Source: Chrysemys picta bellii (lineage: Eukaryota). Taken from it: DNA of 64,000 nucleotides. This document shows positions 43,851 to 64,000 of this stretch, one piece after another. The notes under the pieces were generated by a model. It was not told the origin of the DNA and ran no database searches. It was given only the letters and a program-made list of their open reading frames with translations. A program made the position numbers and the translations under genes. Position 1 is the first letter of the stretch. Each line of letters begins with the position of its first letter. The stretch lies in NCBI RefSeq assembly GCF_011386835.1, contig NC_088806.1, positions 29,078,001-29,142,000 on the forward strand, written 5' to 3'.

Positions 43851-45506
43851 AAAATAGAACTAACCCAGAGATGTCCTTGTTAGGCATGAGGCTAACACAA
43901 TGCAAACTTTTTAAAACCCTCAGATGCCCACAGTGAACATGTTGTTTGCTTGTGAGCAGACTGCCAGCGGTTCCAGGGATTGGGATCCCACAAACTCTGC
44001 CAGGACATCTCAGTCTCCACCCACAGCTACGCTTGCTACTCCAGTGCTCATCACCCAGAGCTATGCTGCCCATACACCTCCCTCATACCAAGTGTGGCAT
44101 TCATCACACAAGTGCCTCAGCTCCACTAATTATATCCCCGTCACCGTTTTTCCTCAACATGGATTTTGAAGCCCATTGTGCATCAGGGAAAATCTTGCCA
44201 CATTCCCCCCCACCCCCGTAATTCACTTCACAGGCATGTCTCAGGATGTGCCTTCTGCTTTCTGAACATTAGGAGGCATCAGTGTCTAGAGCTGATCTGA
44301 AAGCAGAGTCTATAGGCAGACAGACCTGGACAGTCTGATTGATTTTTTTATTTTTTTAAGACTGAGCTCCTCAGAGCAAGGATTGTGCCTTTCTAGGTGT
44401 CTGTGCAATGCCTAGTCCACTTGGCTGCTACTGTAATACCAGTACAGATACTAACACTGCAAATGCTGGGTACCTATTAACCTAGCTAACCACTCATTCC
44501 CCTTAGGAGACGGTTGGGTTTTTTGCTTTGGCTTTTGCTCAGTGCCTTTCAGCCTGTATATTACTACAGCAGATCAGGCAAACCTAACCCGGTGAGCCAG
44601 CAGGTGGTGGAGCTGCAGGTCTTTTTGTCTTTGACTTTTCCAAGGAAAGCACATTCCCGGCCCCACAGCCAGCGTTGACACCTTCCCTCTGGCTCCCAAC
44701 ATTCTACTACTAACAGTCTCTCAGGGCAGACCAGCCTGGGTGGTTCACAGATGATGAGGCAGTTGCTGAGTGAGCCTCTCAGATCCACCTTGGAAAAGAG
44801 CGTGTGTGTGTGTATATGTGTGTGTGTGGGGGGGAGTGGCAGGAGTGATTGGGCACCACTCCCACCCCAGTCTGGGGGCACTGCTGTGCCTCAGTTCCCC
44901 TTCTTCTTTGCCCCCTGAGGAACTCACACACCCACCACAGGTGATTCAATTTAATCCCTCCCCCGCCCTTTGATTCGTGCTTTATTGAGCCAGAAACAAA
45001 AACACAACAACCAGTTTACTTGGCTCACCTAAGCATAATCTGTTTTGTTGTCATCTTTGCAATTTAAACCTGACTGTCACAATATTTGGTGTTTTCTTAA
45101 AGCCCCACCTGCTGAAGTCACCTGATGATGTGAGAATCTCAACTTTCTTTTTTTGGAGGGGTGTGTGTTGAGCAAGTGACTTTCTAGCCTCATGGTTTTG
45201 GGGGAAAACCCTGAAAAACACGACCTGACTGTACCCAACAGGCTCAGCAAGAAAAAAAAAGGACCCAGCATATAGTATTATTATTTTCAAGTCCCTTGAT
45301 TTTTAAGCCGATCATGATTTTTTGGGGCCTTGAGGTGCGTCCATGCTTGGGGTTGGCCATACTGCTTTCCCTTGTCATTAGGGTTTCCCGAGAGAGTCCT
45401 GCTACCCTTCCCAGCAAGTCTCTCTTATGCCATTCACCTAGTTAGTGTGTAAATTTTCCCACCTGGTTCCCTTTCCCCAGCGCTCTCAGATACTGAGAGT
45501 GAGGGC

Positions 45507-45629
45507 TAGGGTGACCAGATGTCCCGATTTTATAGGGACAGTCCCGATTTTTGGGTCTTTTTCTTATATAGACTCCTATTACCCCCCACCCCGGTCCCGA
45601 TGGTTCACACTTGCTGTCTGGTCACCCTA
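45507..45629. mobile_element. hAT-type MITE (123 bp), same family, opposite orientation to the 37475 copy
   Basis: TIR tagggtgaccagatgtcc; 8-bp TSD gtgagggc/gtgcgggc. Confidence 0.92.
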
Positions 45630-48171
45630 GTGCGGGCAGCCCCTTTTATAGCAGGTGTGCTTCCAGCCTGGACTCAGGTGATCCTAATCTCACGCTCTTA
45701 GGCAGTCCTGTGCTCCCCCTGCTCAGGTTTTCACCAGCATCGGCTCACCCCACCCTTCAGCGGAAAACCAGGAGAGTTAGAGATATGACCAAGCTGCGTT
45801 CAAGGGCGAGCTCACCTTATGATGGGGCCACAGGGAGGAGATGGAACACAGAAGCCAATGTACACAGGGCAGGCCCTAGAACAAATGGTGCCCCAGGTGA
45901 GGAGTGTCCTCAGCGCCCCCTTCTCCCCCCCCCCACATTAGTTAAACTTTTGAATACCTTACAGCACCCTGAGCTCGGCACCCTCCCAATCCCGGCACCT
46001 GGGTCACCTGCCCCTAAATCTGGCTCTGAATGTATGTACTCCTGTCAGATTGTCACTGCACCCCTGACCCAGATCCCTGGCTTGTGAAGTGTCCTCAGAG
46101 CATGACTCGAACCTGTTTATCCAAGAACGTAACACGAGGACGAGTCGGAGGTTAAACTAACTAACTGCAAATTACCCAAGAGAGTCAGGCAAGGGAACGT
46201 GGCTTAGTGGCACGTAGTCCTAGTCCACTTTCTCTGAGGTAAGATGAGGGGTTAAGTATCAAGTGCAAGAGCAATAAAACCGTTTAGATACAAGCGATGT
46301 CAGGGAAGTGCTTCGATAAACAACATATTTCAGTTGACTTCTTCCCTCCTGTGGAGATGGGACGCTGACCTGGTCGAGGCTGAAATGGAAGTGGTGCCTC
46401 TTCGGACATGAGGCCAAAGTCCCTGAGGGCTCAGTTGACTTTGGTGGAGTTACGCCACCAGCAGAGAATTTAGCCCAATGCTCCTTCTACAGAGAGGCTC
46501 CATTCCAGCCATTCGGCATCATGGCGCCTAACTTTTAGATGCCTAGAAAGTCACAGGAACAACACGGCGATCCACCAATGCAATGAATAGGGAGAGACAG
46601 GCGTCTTTGAATGGGAGCCACCAACGCCCGAATGCTAAGCACGGAGCTGCCCAAGCTAGCCCAGGGGAAATGCCGATGACAGGGCTTTGCATACTGGGGA
46701 CTGCCCAGAATGTATGGAACTGTGCAACCAGCTCACCACCACATCCCCACTGCTGCCATGTACTGCTTGTTCCTGGTTTGATTGTAATACATTTGAGTAT
46801 ATTGCAGCGGTGCCACCATCATGGGCTATGGTGGCATCAGAACCTACAAGCAGAGCCATGCTGGGATGAACAGTACCTGTCCAGTAGCTAGAGAGGGGCA
46901 GGAGATGATGCAGTTCCCTCTCTGCTGATAGCCAGGGCTTAGAGAGGAGCCAGAGTCCACAGGAAAGGCCATGGAATCCCACTTTTACTCACTGGCATCC
47001 CCCAAGAGAAGTACAGAGAAAAATCAGCCCAGGGGAGAAAAGAGTTCAAGGGTCATGAATGGTTGGGGAGACACTGGAGTTCGGGGCGGTGATGCTGTAT
47101 GGAATATGGGTTTATAATAATTTATAATATTAACAGCAATATTACAGATTGGAATGAATCATGCTAGATATGCTGTGTAAGGTGTTGGTGAAAATGGTCT
47201 GATTTGCCAAGTCTAATAATCTTGTTTATGTTTGTATTGCCTTTGTATTATGAGTTAGAGATATGTAGGGTATATCTGTATTTCCAAACTTGTGCTGTGT
47301 TTCTGGGTGACACCCCCAGGCAGTTTGACATCAGCACTGCCTAGCCTGTTTGATGGTCCATCAAGGATCATCGGCTGTACAGTTGACCCATTGAGAGAAG
47401 GCAAGGGATACATCTTATGAGTCAGCAAGGCATGTAGTAACTGGAGTAACTTTTCTACAAAAAAAGCTCTAAACAAAGTAATGAAAGACCCATCCAAGCT
47501 GTGGATGTGTTCCAGAGGGACTTCCAAACCAGCAAACTCACCAATACGCCTAAGAACATGATATATGGACTTGGAAGTTTCTATATGTGTTTGAGTGCTT
47601 TATCATTTAACAACTCTTTATAATAAACCTTTAGGTTTTGGATACTAAAGGATTGGCTGGCAGCACGGTATTTTGGGTAGGATCTAAACGAATATTGACC
47701 TGGTAATGTGGCTGACCCTATGGGGTCAGAAGAACATTTGGTATATGTGAGCAGAGTTTTTAAATGACTTCTCCCTGTACTGGACCTAGGTGCTGATTGG
47801 GAACCAGAGAACTGGAATGGAATTCGGGGACTGGTGGGGAGGGATTTTTTTTTTTTAACTTCTTGATAACCAGCGTGGGAGATCAGAAGTACGAACTGTG
47901 ACTGGTTGGTGAGTTTAACTTCAGTGTTAACCACTAGTTTGGGAAGTATCTGCTCTCCCTTCTGCAGCCTGGCCTGACCTTGGCATTTTCAGTGAGGGCA
48001 GCCCCGGGCACCCCGGGTCACAGGGGTGTGTGAGGGAATTATGAAGAAAGCCTGTAATCTGATATTTGGACAAAAGAAGGTGGAGTCATGGCCAGGAAGA
48101 GCTGAGGAATCCCATATTAACCCAGATCGGGAACAGCCGGGCAGTTGAACGTCTGCAAACTCAGAGACAAA

Positions 48172-51613
<3,442 letters not shown>

Positions 51614-53536
51614 AGAGCAAATACATCAGCTCAGTGCAAGTAGAGAGGCAGAATAGATTAGCTGTAGATGCTGGTAGACCTGAAGCTCAATGTGCTCTCT
51701 GGAGCTTTGATGACCTCCAAGAACTCTGGAGAGCCAGTTTGTTCATGATGCACTAGCTTGAACCCCTTGTTGTGCCACTAAAGCTGCCCTCATCACCGTC
51801 CTTTCCCACTCAGAGCTGCTATCATATCTCCCTGGCCTCCAACCCCACTGTGCTTCATCCAGTCTAGCTGCACTCCACTCGGCTTCATCCTCTCCCTTCA
51901 TCCTCTCCATCCTCTTGCCATGTTTTGCCTAGTGTCAGGCTACAGCTGTGCAGTTAATCATAATTACATAATGAATCATACAAAGCTCTTCTCACTGCTA
52001 ATGGACTGGAGCCTGCTCCCAGTAGTCAGTGGAAAAACTCCCATTGGCTTCAGTGGTGCAGGACTGGGCCCAATCAGTGCTGGGTTTGGAATCATTGGTG
52101 GATGGGGTTTAGAAAGAGGATCAAAACCCATCTACAGGCCCAACCACCCCAGATTTAGGAACAGACGTTCTGCCCCTGAGCTGCCTCTGGATTCAAATTC
52201 TGCAAATAGCTCCATTTGATAATGGGTTGAGCTACTCCTTTCTAACCCCGAATTTTGCAACTCGTTCCCTTGTCACGTGTTTAGCTTTGTGCCTTTCTAT
52301 GCATCTGCATTAGACTGTAAACTCCTTGGGGCAGCCATCCTGCCTCCTTGAGAGTCTTGTCTCCCGGCATTGAGAGCATGGCTCACACTGTACACATCAT
52401 CCTCAATACTGCCTATAACCTCGCTGTGATTTTAACATTGATCCGTTTGAACTGATTGGCTGGGGCCTGACAGCTGCATTGGGCCATGGTGTTGGTTGAA
52501 TGATTTGTCTTGGTAAATAATTGTAATCTCCACCCAATCGGTGCTTGCCTAATAAAGATCTCTTTCCGATATGAAATAATCTGTGGTTCCTGGTCTTATT
52601 ATTACCTTTGCAGAAGGAGATTTACAGGTTAATACATCTGGATTTAAACTATATCACTATGTCTACACAGGGATAAAAATCCTGAGGCTGGCCCAGGTCA
52701 GCTGACCAGGGCTCGTGGGGATTGGATTCCGGGGCTAAAAAATTGCTACATAGACATTTGGGCTTGGACTGGAGCCCGAGCTCTGGAACCAGAGCAGCCA
52801 CGGCCATGCCGCAGGTCTTTTATCCCTGTGTAGACAGACCCCGAGTCAGTCCTCTCTTTGCTTAAGGGACACAAATGAAAGGATCTAACTTCTCTCCTGA
52901 AAACCCTCTAAAGCAGAGTCTCAATGCTGAATGTAAAAGGAAAGTTGAGTGAAATACCACTACACTTTTTTGCTCCCCAAAAGGGGAAAATCACAGCCAA
53001 TGTACACCTCCCACCGCTGCAGAATACAGCTAAAACAGGTGCAAAGATGTCACAGATACCATTACTGCGCATTTGGCAGATGCATTCTTGGGGATCCATC
53101 ACACATCACCAAAAATGATGGCAGCGGCTCAGTGAGAGCCTGTAGTCTGTGACAGGAACTTGGCCTAATCTCAGAGCCCTCTCACTATGCAAGTATCTGC
53201 TTTTGAGCTCTAGAAGGGCAGAGGCTGCCTAATGCTGTTAACTATTTATACAACTTTATATCAGCTTCCAGCCTGGGATTCCGTTAGGGACCTGTAATCT
53301 GCCCTGGAGTTGTGAAAAGCAAATGAGAGTAAGAAAAAAAGTTTTTAAGCAACACCAAGTTGTACATCTAACGTTAAAAGCCGTAGGGGCTGAGTTCCAC
53401 AGCTGCACTCTTCTTGCAGACACATGAAAGTGTTAAAAGGCAGAGTTCAGAGAGTGCGTCACTAGGGGCAGCTCACTGTGGGCTGGGGACCCTAGGAAAA
53501 CCAGCACAGTTTATGTGCAGACTCAGAGCGAGCACC

Positions 53537-56334
<2,798 letters not shown>

Positions 56335-58238
56335 ATCCTTTGCTGAGTACGGGTAAAGGACCCCTTCCCCCACCCCCGAAGTAAGGGAGATAATATTACT
56401 ACTAAACATACCAATGAAATGAATGCTGTATTTTCTCCAGCAATGTTAACTACATTAACCCTTTCTTGTGAAATACACAATGCCCATGACCAATTGTTAC
56501 TGTCTAAATACCAATAAATCAGAGCTAGAAATCTTGTTAAGTATTTTATTTTTTGTTCTTCTCTTTCTTGGATGCCTTAAAAATAGAACTGACCCATAGG
56601 TGTCCTTGTTAGGCATGAGGCTAACACAATGCAAACTTTTTAAAACCCTCAGATGCCCACAGTGAACATGTTGTTTGGTTGTGAGCAGACTGCCAGCTGT
56701 TCCAGGGACTGGGGTCCCACAAACTCTGCCAGGACATCTCAGTCTCCACCCACAGCTACACCTGCTACTCCAGTGCTCATCACCCAGAGCTATGCTGCCC
56801 ATACACCTCCCTCATACCAAGTGTGGCATTCATCACACAGTGCCTCAGCTTCACTAATTATATCCCTGTCACCATTTTTCCTCAACATGGATTTTGAAGC
56901 CCATTGTGCATCAGGGAAAATCTTGACATTTCTCCCCCATCCCCTGTAATTCACTTCACAGGCATGTCTCAGAATGTGCCTTCTGCTTTCTGAACATTAG
57001 GAGGCATCAGTGTCTAGGGCTGATCTGAAAGCAGAGTCTATAGGCAGACAGACCTGGACAGTCTGTTTGTTTGATTTTTTTGTTTGTTTTAAGACTGAGC
57101 TCCTCAGAGCAAGGATTGTGCCTTTCTAGGTGTCTGTGCAATGCCTAGCCCACTTGGCTGCTACGGTAATACCAGTACAGATACTAACACTGCAAATGCT
57201 GGGTACCTATTAACCTAGCTAACCATGCATTCCCCTTAGGAGATGGTTGGGTTTTTTTGCTTTGGCTTTTGCTCAGTGCCTTTCAGCCTGTATATTACTA
57301 CAGCAGATCAGGCAAACCTAACCCGGTGAGCCAGCAGGTGATGGAGCTGCAGGTCTTTTTGTCTTTGACTTTTCCAAGGAAAGCACATTCCCGGCCCCAC
57401 AGCCAGCGTTGACACCTTCCCTCTGGCTCCCAACATTCTACTACTAACAGTCTCTCAGGGCAGAGCAGCCCGGGTGGTTCACAGATGATGAGGCAGTTCC
57501 TGAGTGAGCCTCTCAGATCCACATTGGAAAAGAGCATGTGTGTGTGTGGGGGGGGGGTGGGAGAGTGGCCGGGGTGATTGGGCACCACTCCCATGCCAGT
57601 CTGGGGGCACTGCTGTGCCTCAGTTCCCCTCCTTCTTTGCCCCCTGAGGCACTCACACACACACACCACAGGTGATTCAATATAATCCCCACCCCCTCCC
57701 GATCCGTGCTTTATTGAGCCAGAAACAAAAACACAACAACCAGTTCACTTGGCTCACCTAAGCATAATCTGTTTTGTTGTCATCTTTGCAATTTAAACAT
57801 GAGTGTCACAATATTTGGTGTTTTCTTAAAGCCCCACCTGCTGAAGTCACCTGATGATGTGAGAATCTCAACTTTCTTTTTTTGGAGGGGTGTGTATTGC
57901 GCAATTGACTTTCTAGCCCTCATGGTTTTGGGGGGAAAACCCTGAAAAACACGACCTGACTGTACCCAACAGGCTCACTAAGGAAAAAAAAAGGACCCAG
58001 CATATATTATTATTATTTCAAGTCCCTTGATTTTTTTAGCCGATCATGATTTTTTGGGGCCTTGTGGTGCTTCCATACTTGGGGTTGACCATACTGCTTT
58101 CCCTTGTCATTAGGGTTTCCCAAGAGAGTCCTGCTACCCTTCTTCGCAAGTCTCTCTTACGCCATTCACCTAGTTAGTGTGTAAACTTTCCCACCTGATT
58201 CTCTTTCCCCAGCGCTCTTAGAAACAGAGAGTGCGGGC

Positions 58239-58361
58239 TAGGGTGACCAGATGTCCAGATTTTATAGGGACAGTCCCGATTTTTGGGTCTTTTTCTTATA
58301 TAGGCTCCTATTACCCCCCACCCCGGACCCGATTGTTCACACTTGCTGTCTGGTCACCCTA
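58239..58361. mobile_element. hAT-type MITE (123 bp) at the site equivalent to 45507
   Basis: Perfect 8-bp TSD gtgcgggc; same site as in unit 4; empty in units 1-3. Confidence 0.92.
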
Positions 58362-59858
58362 GTGCGGGCAGCCCCTTTTATAGCAGGCGTGCTTCCAGCC
58401 TGGACTCAGGTGATCCTAATCTCACGCTCTTAAGCAGTCCTGTGCTCCCCCTGCTCAGGTTTTCACCAGCATCGGCTCAGTCCCACCCTTCAGAGGAAAA
58501 CTAGGACAGTTAGAGACATGCCCAAGCTGCCTTCAAGGGCGAGCTCACCTTATGATGGGGCCACAGGGAGGAGATGGAACACAGAAGCCAATGTACACAG
58601 GGCAGCCCTAGAACAAATGGTGCCCCAGGAGAGGAGTGTCCTCAGCGCCCCCTCCCCCCGCCCCACACACATTAGTTAAACTTTTGAATACCTTACAGCA
58701 CCCTGAGCTCAGCACCCTCCCAATCCCTGCACCTGGGTCACCTGCCCCTAAATCAGACTCTGAATGTACGTACTCCTGTCAGATTGTCACTTGCACCCCT
58801 GACCCAGATCCCTGGCTTGTGAAGTGTCCTCAGAGCATCAGTCGAACCTGTTTATCCAAGAACGTAACATGAGGACGAGTCGGAGGTTAATCTAACTAAC
58901 TGCAAATTACCCAAGAGAGTCAGGCAAGGGAACGTGGCTTAGTGGCACGTAGTCCTAGTCCACTTTCTCTGAGGTAAGATGACGGGTTAGTTAACAAGTG
59001 CAAGAGCAATAAAACCATTTAGATACAAGCTATGTCAGAACAGTGCTTCGATAAACAACATATTTCAGTTGACCTCTTCCCTCCTGTGCAGCTGGGACGC
59101 TGACCTGGTTGAGGCTAAAATGGAAGCGGTGCCTCTTCGGACATGAGGCCAAAGTCCCTGGGGGCTCAGTTGACTTTGGTGGAGTTGCGCCACCAGCAGA
59201 GAATTTAGCCCAATGCTCCTTCTACAGAGAGGCTCCTTTCCAGCCAAGCTGGATATACGTGTATGTGGCTACCTGGGGCCATTGTCACAGTCATGGGGAT
59301 TGCCGCAGGTCAGCGGTTCCCTTTGCCAGAATGGGTTGAGTGCCACAGATTTTGGGTCAGTTCTCCCAGGGGAATTAGCCAGAAGAGTTTTAGGCCCGGA
59401 TCCACAAAGGGACTTGGGCGTTGCAGCATTCGGCATCATGGCGCCTAACTTTTAGATGCCTAGAAAGTCACAGGAACAACACGGCGATCCACCAATGCAA
59501 TGAATAGGGAGAGACAGGCCTCTTTGAACGGGAGCCACCAACGCCCGAATGCTAAGCACGGAGCTGCCCAAGCTAGCCCAGGGGAAATGCTGATGACAGG
59601 GCTTTGCATATTGGGGACTGCCCAGAATGTATGGAACTGTGCAACCAGCTCACCACCACATCCCCACTGCTGCCATGTACTGCTTGTTCCTGGTTTGATT
59701 GTAATACATTTGAGTATCTTGCAGCAGTGCCACCATCATGGGCTATGGTGGCATCAGAACCTACAAGCAGAGCCATGCTGGGATGAACGGTACCTGTCCA
59801 GTAGCTAGAGAGGGGCAGGAGATGATGCAGTTCCCTCTCTGCTGATAGCCAGGGCTCA

Positions 59859-60143
59859 GGCTTGGTCTACACTAAACCCCCAAATCGAACTAAGGTACGC
59901 AACTTCAGCTACGTGAATAACGTAGCTGAAGTCGACGTACCTTAGTTCGAACTTACCGCCGTCCAGACCCGGCAGGCAGGCTCCCCCGTCGACTCCGCGT
60001 ACTCCTCTCGGCGAGCAGGATTACCGGAGTCGACGGGGAGCACTTCTGAGTTCGATTTATCGTGTCCAGACTAGACGCGATAAATCGAACCCAGAAGTTC
60101 GATTGCCTGCCGCCGAACCAGCGCGGTAAGTATAGACAAGCAC
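59859..60143. mobile_element. PIF/Harbinger-type MITE (285 bp), private to unit 5
   Basis: Imperfect TIR ggcttggtctacact / agtatagacaagcac; 3-bp TSD tca/tta; internal palindromes; CpG-rich; empty site in the other units. Confidence 0.82.
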
Positions 60144-61370
60144 TTAGAGAGGAGCCAGAGTTCACAGGAAAGGCCATGGAATCCCACTTTTACTCACTGG
60201 CATCCCCCAAGAGAAGGCCAGAGAAAAATCAGCCCAGGGGAGAAAAGAGTTCAAGGGTCATGAATGGTTGGGGACACACTGGAGTTCGGGGCGGTGACGC
60301 TGAATGGAATATGGATTTATAATAATTTATAATATTAACAGCAATATTACAAATTGGAATGAATCATGCTAGATATGCTGTGTAAGGTGTTGGTGAAAAT
60401 GTTCTGATTTCCCAAGTCTAATAATCTTGTTTATGTTTGTATTGCCTTTGTATTGTGAGTTAGAGATATGTAGGGTATATCTGTATTTCCAAACTTGTGC
60501 TGTGTTTCTGGGTGACACCCCCAGGCAATTTGACATCAGCACTGCCCAACCTGTTTGATGGTCCATCAAGGATCATCGGCTGTACAGTTGACCCATTGAG
60601 AGAAGGCAAGGGATACATCTTATCAGTCAGCAAGGCATGTAGTAACTGGAGTAACTTTTCTACAAACAAAGCTCTAAACAAAGTACTGAAAGACCCATCC
60701 AAGCTGTGGATGTGTTCCAGAGGGACTTCCAAGCCAGCAAACTCACCAATACTCCTAAGAACATGATATATGGACTTGGAAGTTTCTATATGTGTTTGAG
60801 TGCTTTATCATTTAACAACTCTTTATAATAAACCTTTAGTTTTAGACACTAAAGGATTGGCTGGCAGCACGGTATTTTGGGTAGGATCTAAACGAATATT
60901 GACCTGGTAACGTGGCTGACCCTATGGGGTCAGAAGAACATTTGGTATATGTGAGCAGAGTTTTTAAATGACTTCTCCCTGTACTGGACCTAGGTGCTGA
61001 TTGGGAACCAGAGAACTGGAATGGAATTAGGGGACTGGGGGGGATTTTTTTTTTAAACTTCTTGATAACCAGCGTGGGAGATCAGAAGTACGAACTCTGA
61101 CTGGTTGGTGAGTTTAACTTCAGTGTTAACCACTAGTTTGGGGAGTATCTGCTCTCCCTTCTGCAGCCTGGCCTGACCTTGGCATTTTCAGTGAGGGCAG
61201 CTCCGGGCACCCCGGGTCACAGGGGTGTGTGAGGGAGTTATGAAGAAAGCCTGTAATCTGATATTTGGACAAAAGAAGGTGGAGCCATGGCCGGGAAGAG
61301 CTGAGGAACCCCATATTAACCCAGGTCGGGAACAGCCGGGCAGTTGAACGTCTGCAAACTCAGAGACAAA

Positions 61371-63459
61371 ATGGACCAGAGCCGCACTAAGAAAGAAGCT
61401 TTGGAGAAACTTTTTGATCCAAAAGAGTTTTTGAAAGCTTATTATTCCTTTGACTCCACAAGCAGTGAAAAAAATGATATTTTGATGTTTCTTCTGAGAA
61501 ACTTCTTTAAGACCTTCATTTTGGGTGAGTGGGGTGTGTTTTGTGCCATTCTGTTTGCACAAAGGCTGTTTCATAGTGGGATGAGTATTGCTGGAAACAT
61601 GATTGTGTAGATCTAGATTTCTTTTAGAAGAGGAGATTTTCCCTAATTATCTTCTACCCCTGCTTTATGGCGTGATGGGCCACAGCTGGTCATCCTCATT
61701 ACAAAAGCCTGGCACAATAGGTGGGTTGAGAGTAGTATTGTTCTCTAGTGTGTGCAATGACAACACTGGGCTGTGCTAATGACCTAGATGGGTCTCCCAA
61801 AGTCAATAGGAGAGTCTGAGATGAAGCATAAAATGGGGGCCACTACAGGCTGAAGAATCAACAGTGGAGAAGGTGCACCTGGATCGTGGCAGCATGGAAG
61901 AGGGGAGAGGAGGGCGGGGAAGAGCATGCATCAGTGCTTGTGCACAGGGTCCTGTAGGGTGCAGTGGTTGGGGACATCGCTGGTGACAGCGGGTATGGCA
62001 CAGACCAGGACAGAGCAAATCCTCCTTTACTAATTTGTGCCTTAAGTACAGTCTCCCTACAAGATTGACCAGCTCCTCATCCCATGCAGTAGAGCTCTGT
62101 GCCATTCCCCAGCAAGCCCTGGTCCTAGCAGTGGGATGACGTATGGCTGGTGGTAGATCAGAAGCCGGCTCGTGCCACTGAGCCAGGAGTCGCCAGTCAA
62201 GGAGTTCCCCAGCGGTCCCCGAAAGAGGGACTTTCTCCCAAACTGTTGGTGTGTCTAGGTTTGTGGGCCTGTAGAATGTACTTTTAAAGCTACCGGGGCT
62301 GTGTGGGTATTGCTAACTCCAAACCAACAGAGCTTAAATAACAGATGTTAAAAGATAACACATCTTGAGTTTTGTTTCGGTGCATTCTGGATCTTGAGCT
62401 TTTCGGGTTGTTATTTTTTTAAGCTTTCTCCACAATTCTTCACGCTAGAAACTAGCTTTAATTGACTTTATTTATTCAAAGGGAAGATGAGATGAGATCT
62501 CCCGGTGCCAGCTTTAAGAAAGATATGGACAAATCGGAGAGGGCCCAGGGGAGATGAACAAAAAAAGAGAGAAGGCTTAAAAATCTGACTTCCAGGCAGG
62601 ATTGGCAGAATTCAATATTAATTTTTTTTATACTTTCAATGGATAAGATCAATGTTTATTTTTAAGCTTCATTATTTTAATTGATTTAAATTTTCACACT
62701 TGTGGGAAATTATATGACACTCGGGTGGGGAGGGAGTCAGACAACAATTATTTAATGACAGTAGACACTAAGATTTAAAATGTTAAAGTTTTATAACCTT
62801 TAAAACACCAATTGTCAATATCACATGCCAAATATTTTACAGCTAAACATCCTTAAATCCAAGTCAAATAAGTTCTGGAGCAGGATTTCTCTTACTTTGT
62901 CTAGCTGTGTATTTCAGTTATTATCAATGGAAATGCTTTTTAGTCAGTTTGTGTGTGTGTGGTGAAATCAACGTTTATTGACATTTACTGATACAAATCT
63001 AATCCTTTTCAACCTGCTTATGAGGCAACCTCATCATACCGTCCCCTCCATAAACTTATCAAGCTCAGTCTTGAAGCCAGTCAGGGGTCCTTCGCTGCAT
63101 TTTACCTCTCCTGGAACTGGCCTTCTTAATACCCTTTATAAACCAGAGGGGAAATTGTCCAGCTTGTACCCTTAGCCCCCCCAAACCTCCTCCTCTCCCA
63201 TCCTCTGCTGCTGTATGTGCTGATACACAGGTATTTTGCATTCCAAACCAGATGGCGTTAAAGGCAACACCTTGATTCGAATTGGCGGTGTGCCCAGCAT
63301 TCTCGAACTCCTTTCTGCCTGTGAGTCCTTCAAGGAGATCATCGTCACACACAATACGGATCGGAACTGCCAGGAACTGCAGAAATGGCTAAAGAAAGAG
63401 CCGGGAGCGTTTAACTGGATTCCGGTGGTGAAATACGCGTGTGAGCTGGAAGGGGACAG
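61371..63459 (+). CDS. NNMT-like: Type A5 NNMT/INMT-family methyltransferase-like protein, exons 1-2 only; join(61371..61524,63252..63459); exon 3 expected beyond the window
   Basis: Exons 154/208 nt with GT-AG; intron 2 runs to the window end (917 nt in A1). LIRIGGVPS; THNTDRN. Confidence 0.9.
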
Positions 63460-64000
63460 GTACGGGGAGGAGAGCTAGTTCTGTTACAATTCACCTAAAG
63501 AAAATATGTAAAAATCCCTTTTAATTTGTGGCTCTTCCATCCCTGGGGTACTTTTTTCCTAATAATTGTTATGTATTATGGTGGTGTTCAATACGTATAA
63601 AAAGAAAGAAGTGGATTGGATTGAAGTAAAGGAAAAATTTAAGAGAAGTCTGGAACCAGGACTCCCCTCCAGTTACCGCTAGCAAGGGATTCCTCTGAAT
63701 TCAGCAGACTCAGAGCTTGATCTTGCAATGCTTACAAGAGGAAGGTTTACACCTACAAGGGTAATTCCTCCCCCCCGCCGCCCCGGCAGAGTGGTGAACA
63801 CTTCAGGATTAGACACCCCTTCACTCCCATTTTAGCCTTCAAAATGGGCCGTAAGCACTAGATGTTCCAAACAGCTGAGCACACGGGGTGCTGAGCTCCT
63901 TAGATTATTGGCCACACTTTATATAATCTTCCATTTATATGAGTGGGCTATAAAGGGTGAATAAATGGTGAGTACATGTTTTAATAACGGGTTAGTCTAT

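Larger units (their letters stand above)
56467..64000 (+). repeat. Tandem unit 5 (partial, A5)
   Basis: Colinear with unit 1; insertions at 58239 and 59859. Confidence 0.93.

Overview
Vertebrate genomic DNA, probably a turtle (inferred from the repeat families, not proven). The window is a tandem array of a ~12.6-14.7 kb two-gene cassette of NNMT/INMT/PNMT-family N-methyltransferase genes. All complete genes have 3 exons, GT-AG introns and an invariant 208-nt exon 2. Type A (265 aa, MDQSR...) has 4 complete copies (one inverted, one of 264 aa), 1 copy cut by the window end and 2 exon-3 fragments. Type B (261 aa, MAEFTGGDDY...) has 3 complete copies and 1 3' remnant. Type B keeps the SAM-binding motif I (LIDIGSGPT) and the ribose-binding Asp. 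Every type A copy has an intact frame but has lost both, and its differences between copies concentrate in the cofactor and substrate pocket loops. This suggests a pseudo-methyltransferase or neofunctionalised ligand-binding family amplified together with an active-looking partner (inference). Unit 2 (12.6-28.9 kb) is a complex rearrangement with an inversion, a near-identical ~5.06 kb duplication and deletions. Units carry private solo LTRs, hAT and Harbinger MITEs, and a Penelope-like fragment with a hammerhead-ribozyme-like motif. Most ORFs in the supplied track are spurious (alternative starts, intron read-through). Human NNMT residue numbers are from memory of the human sequence, and all alignments were done by eye.
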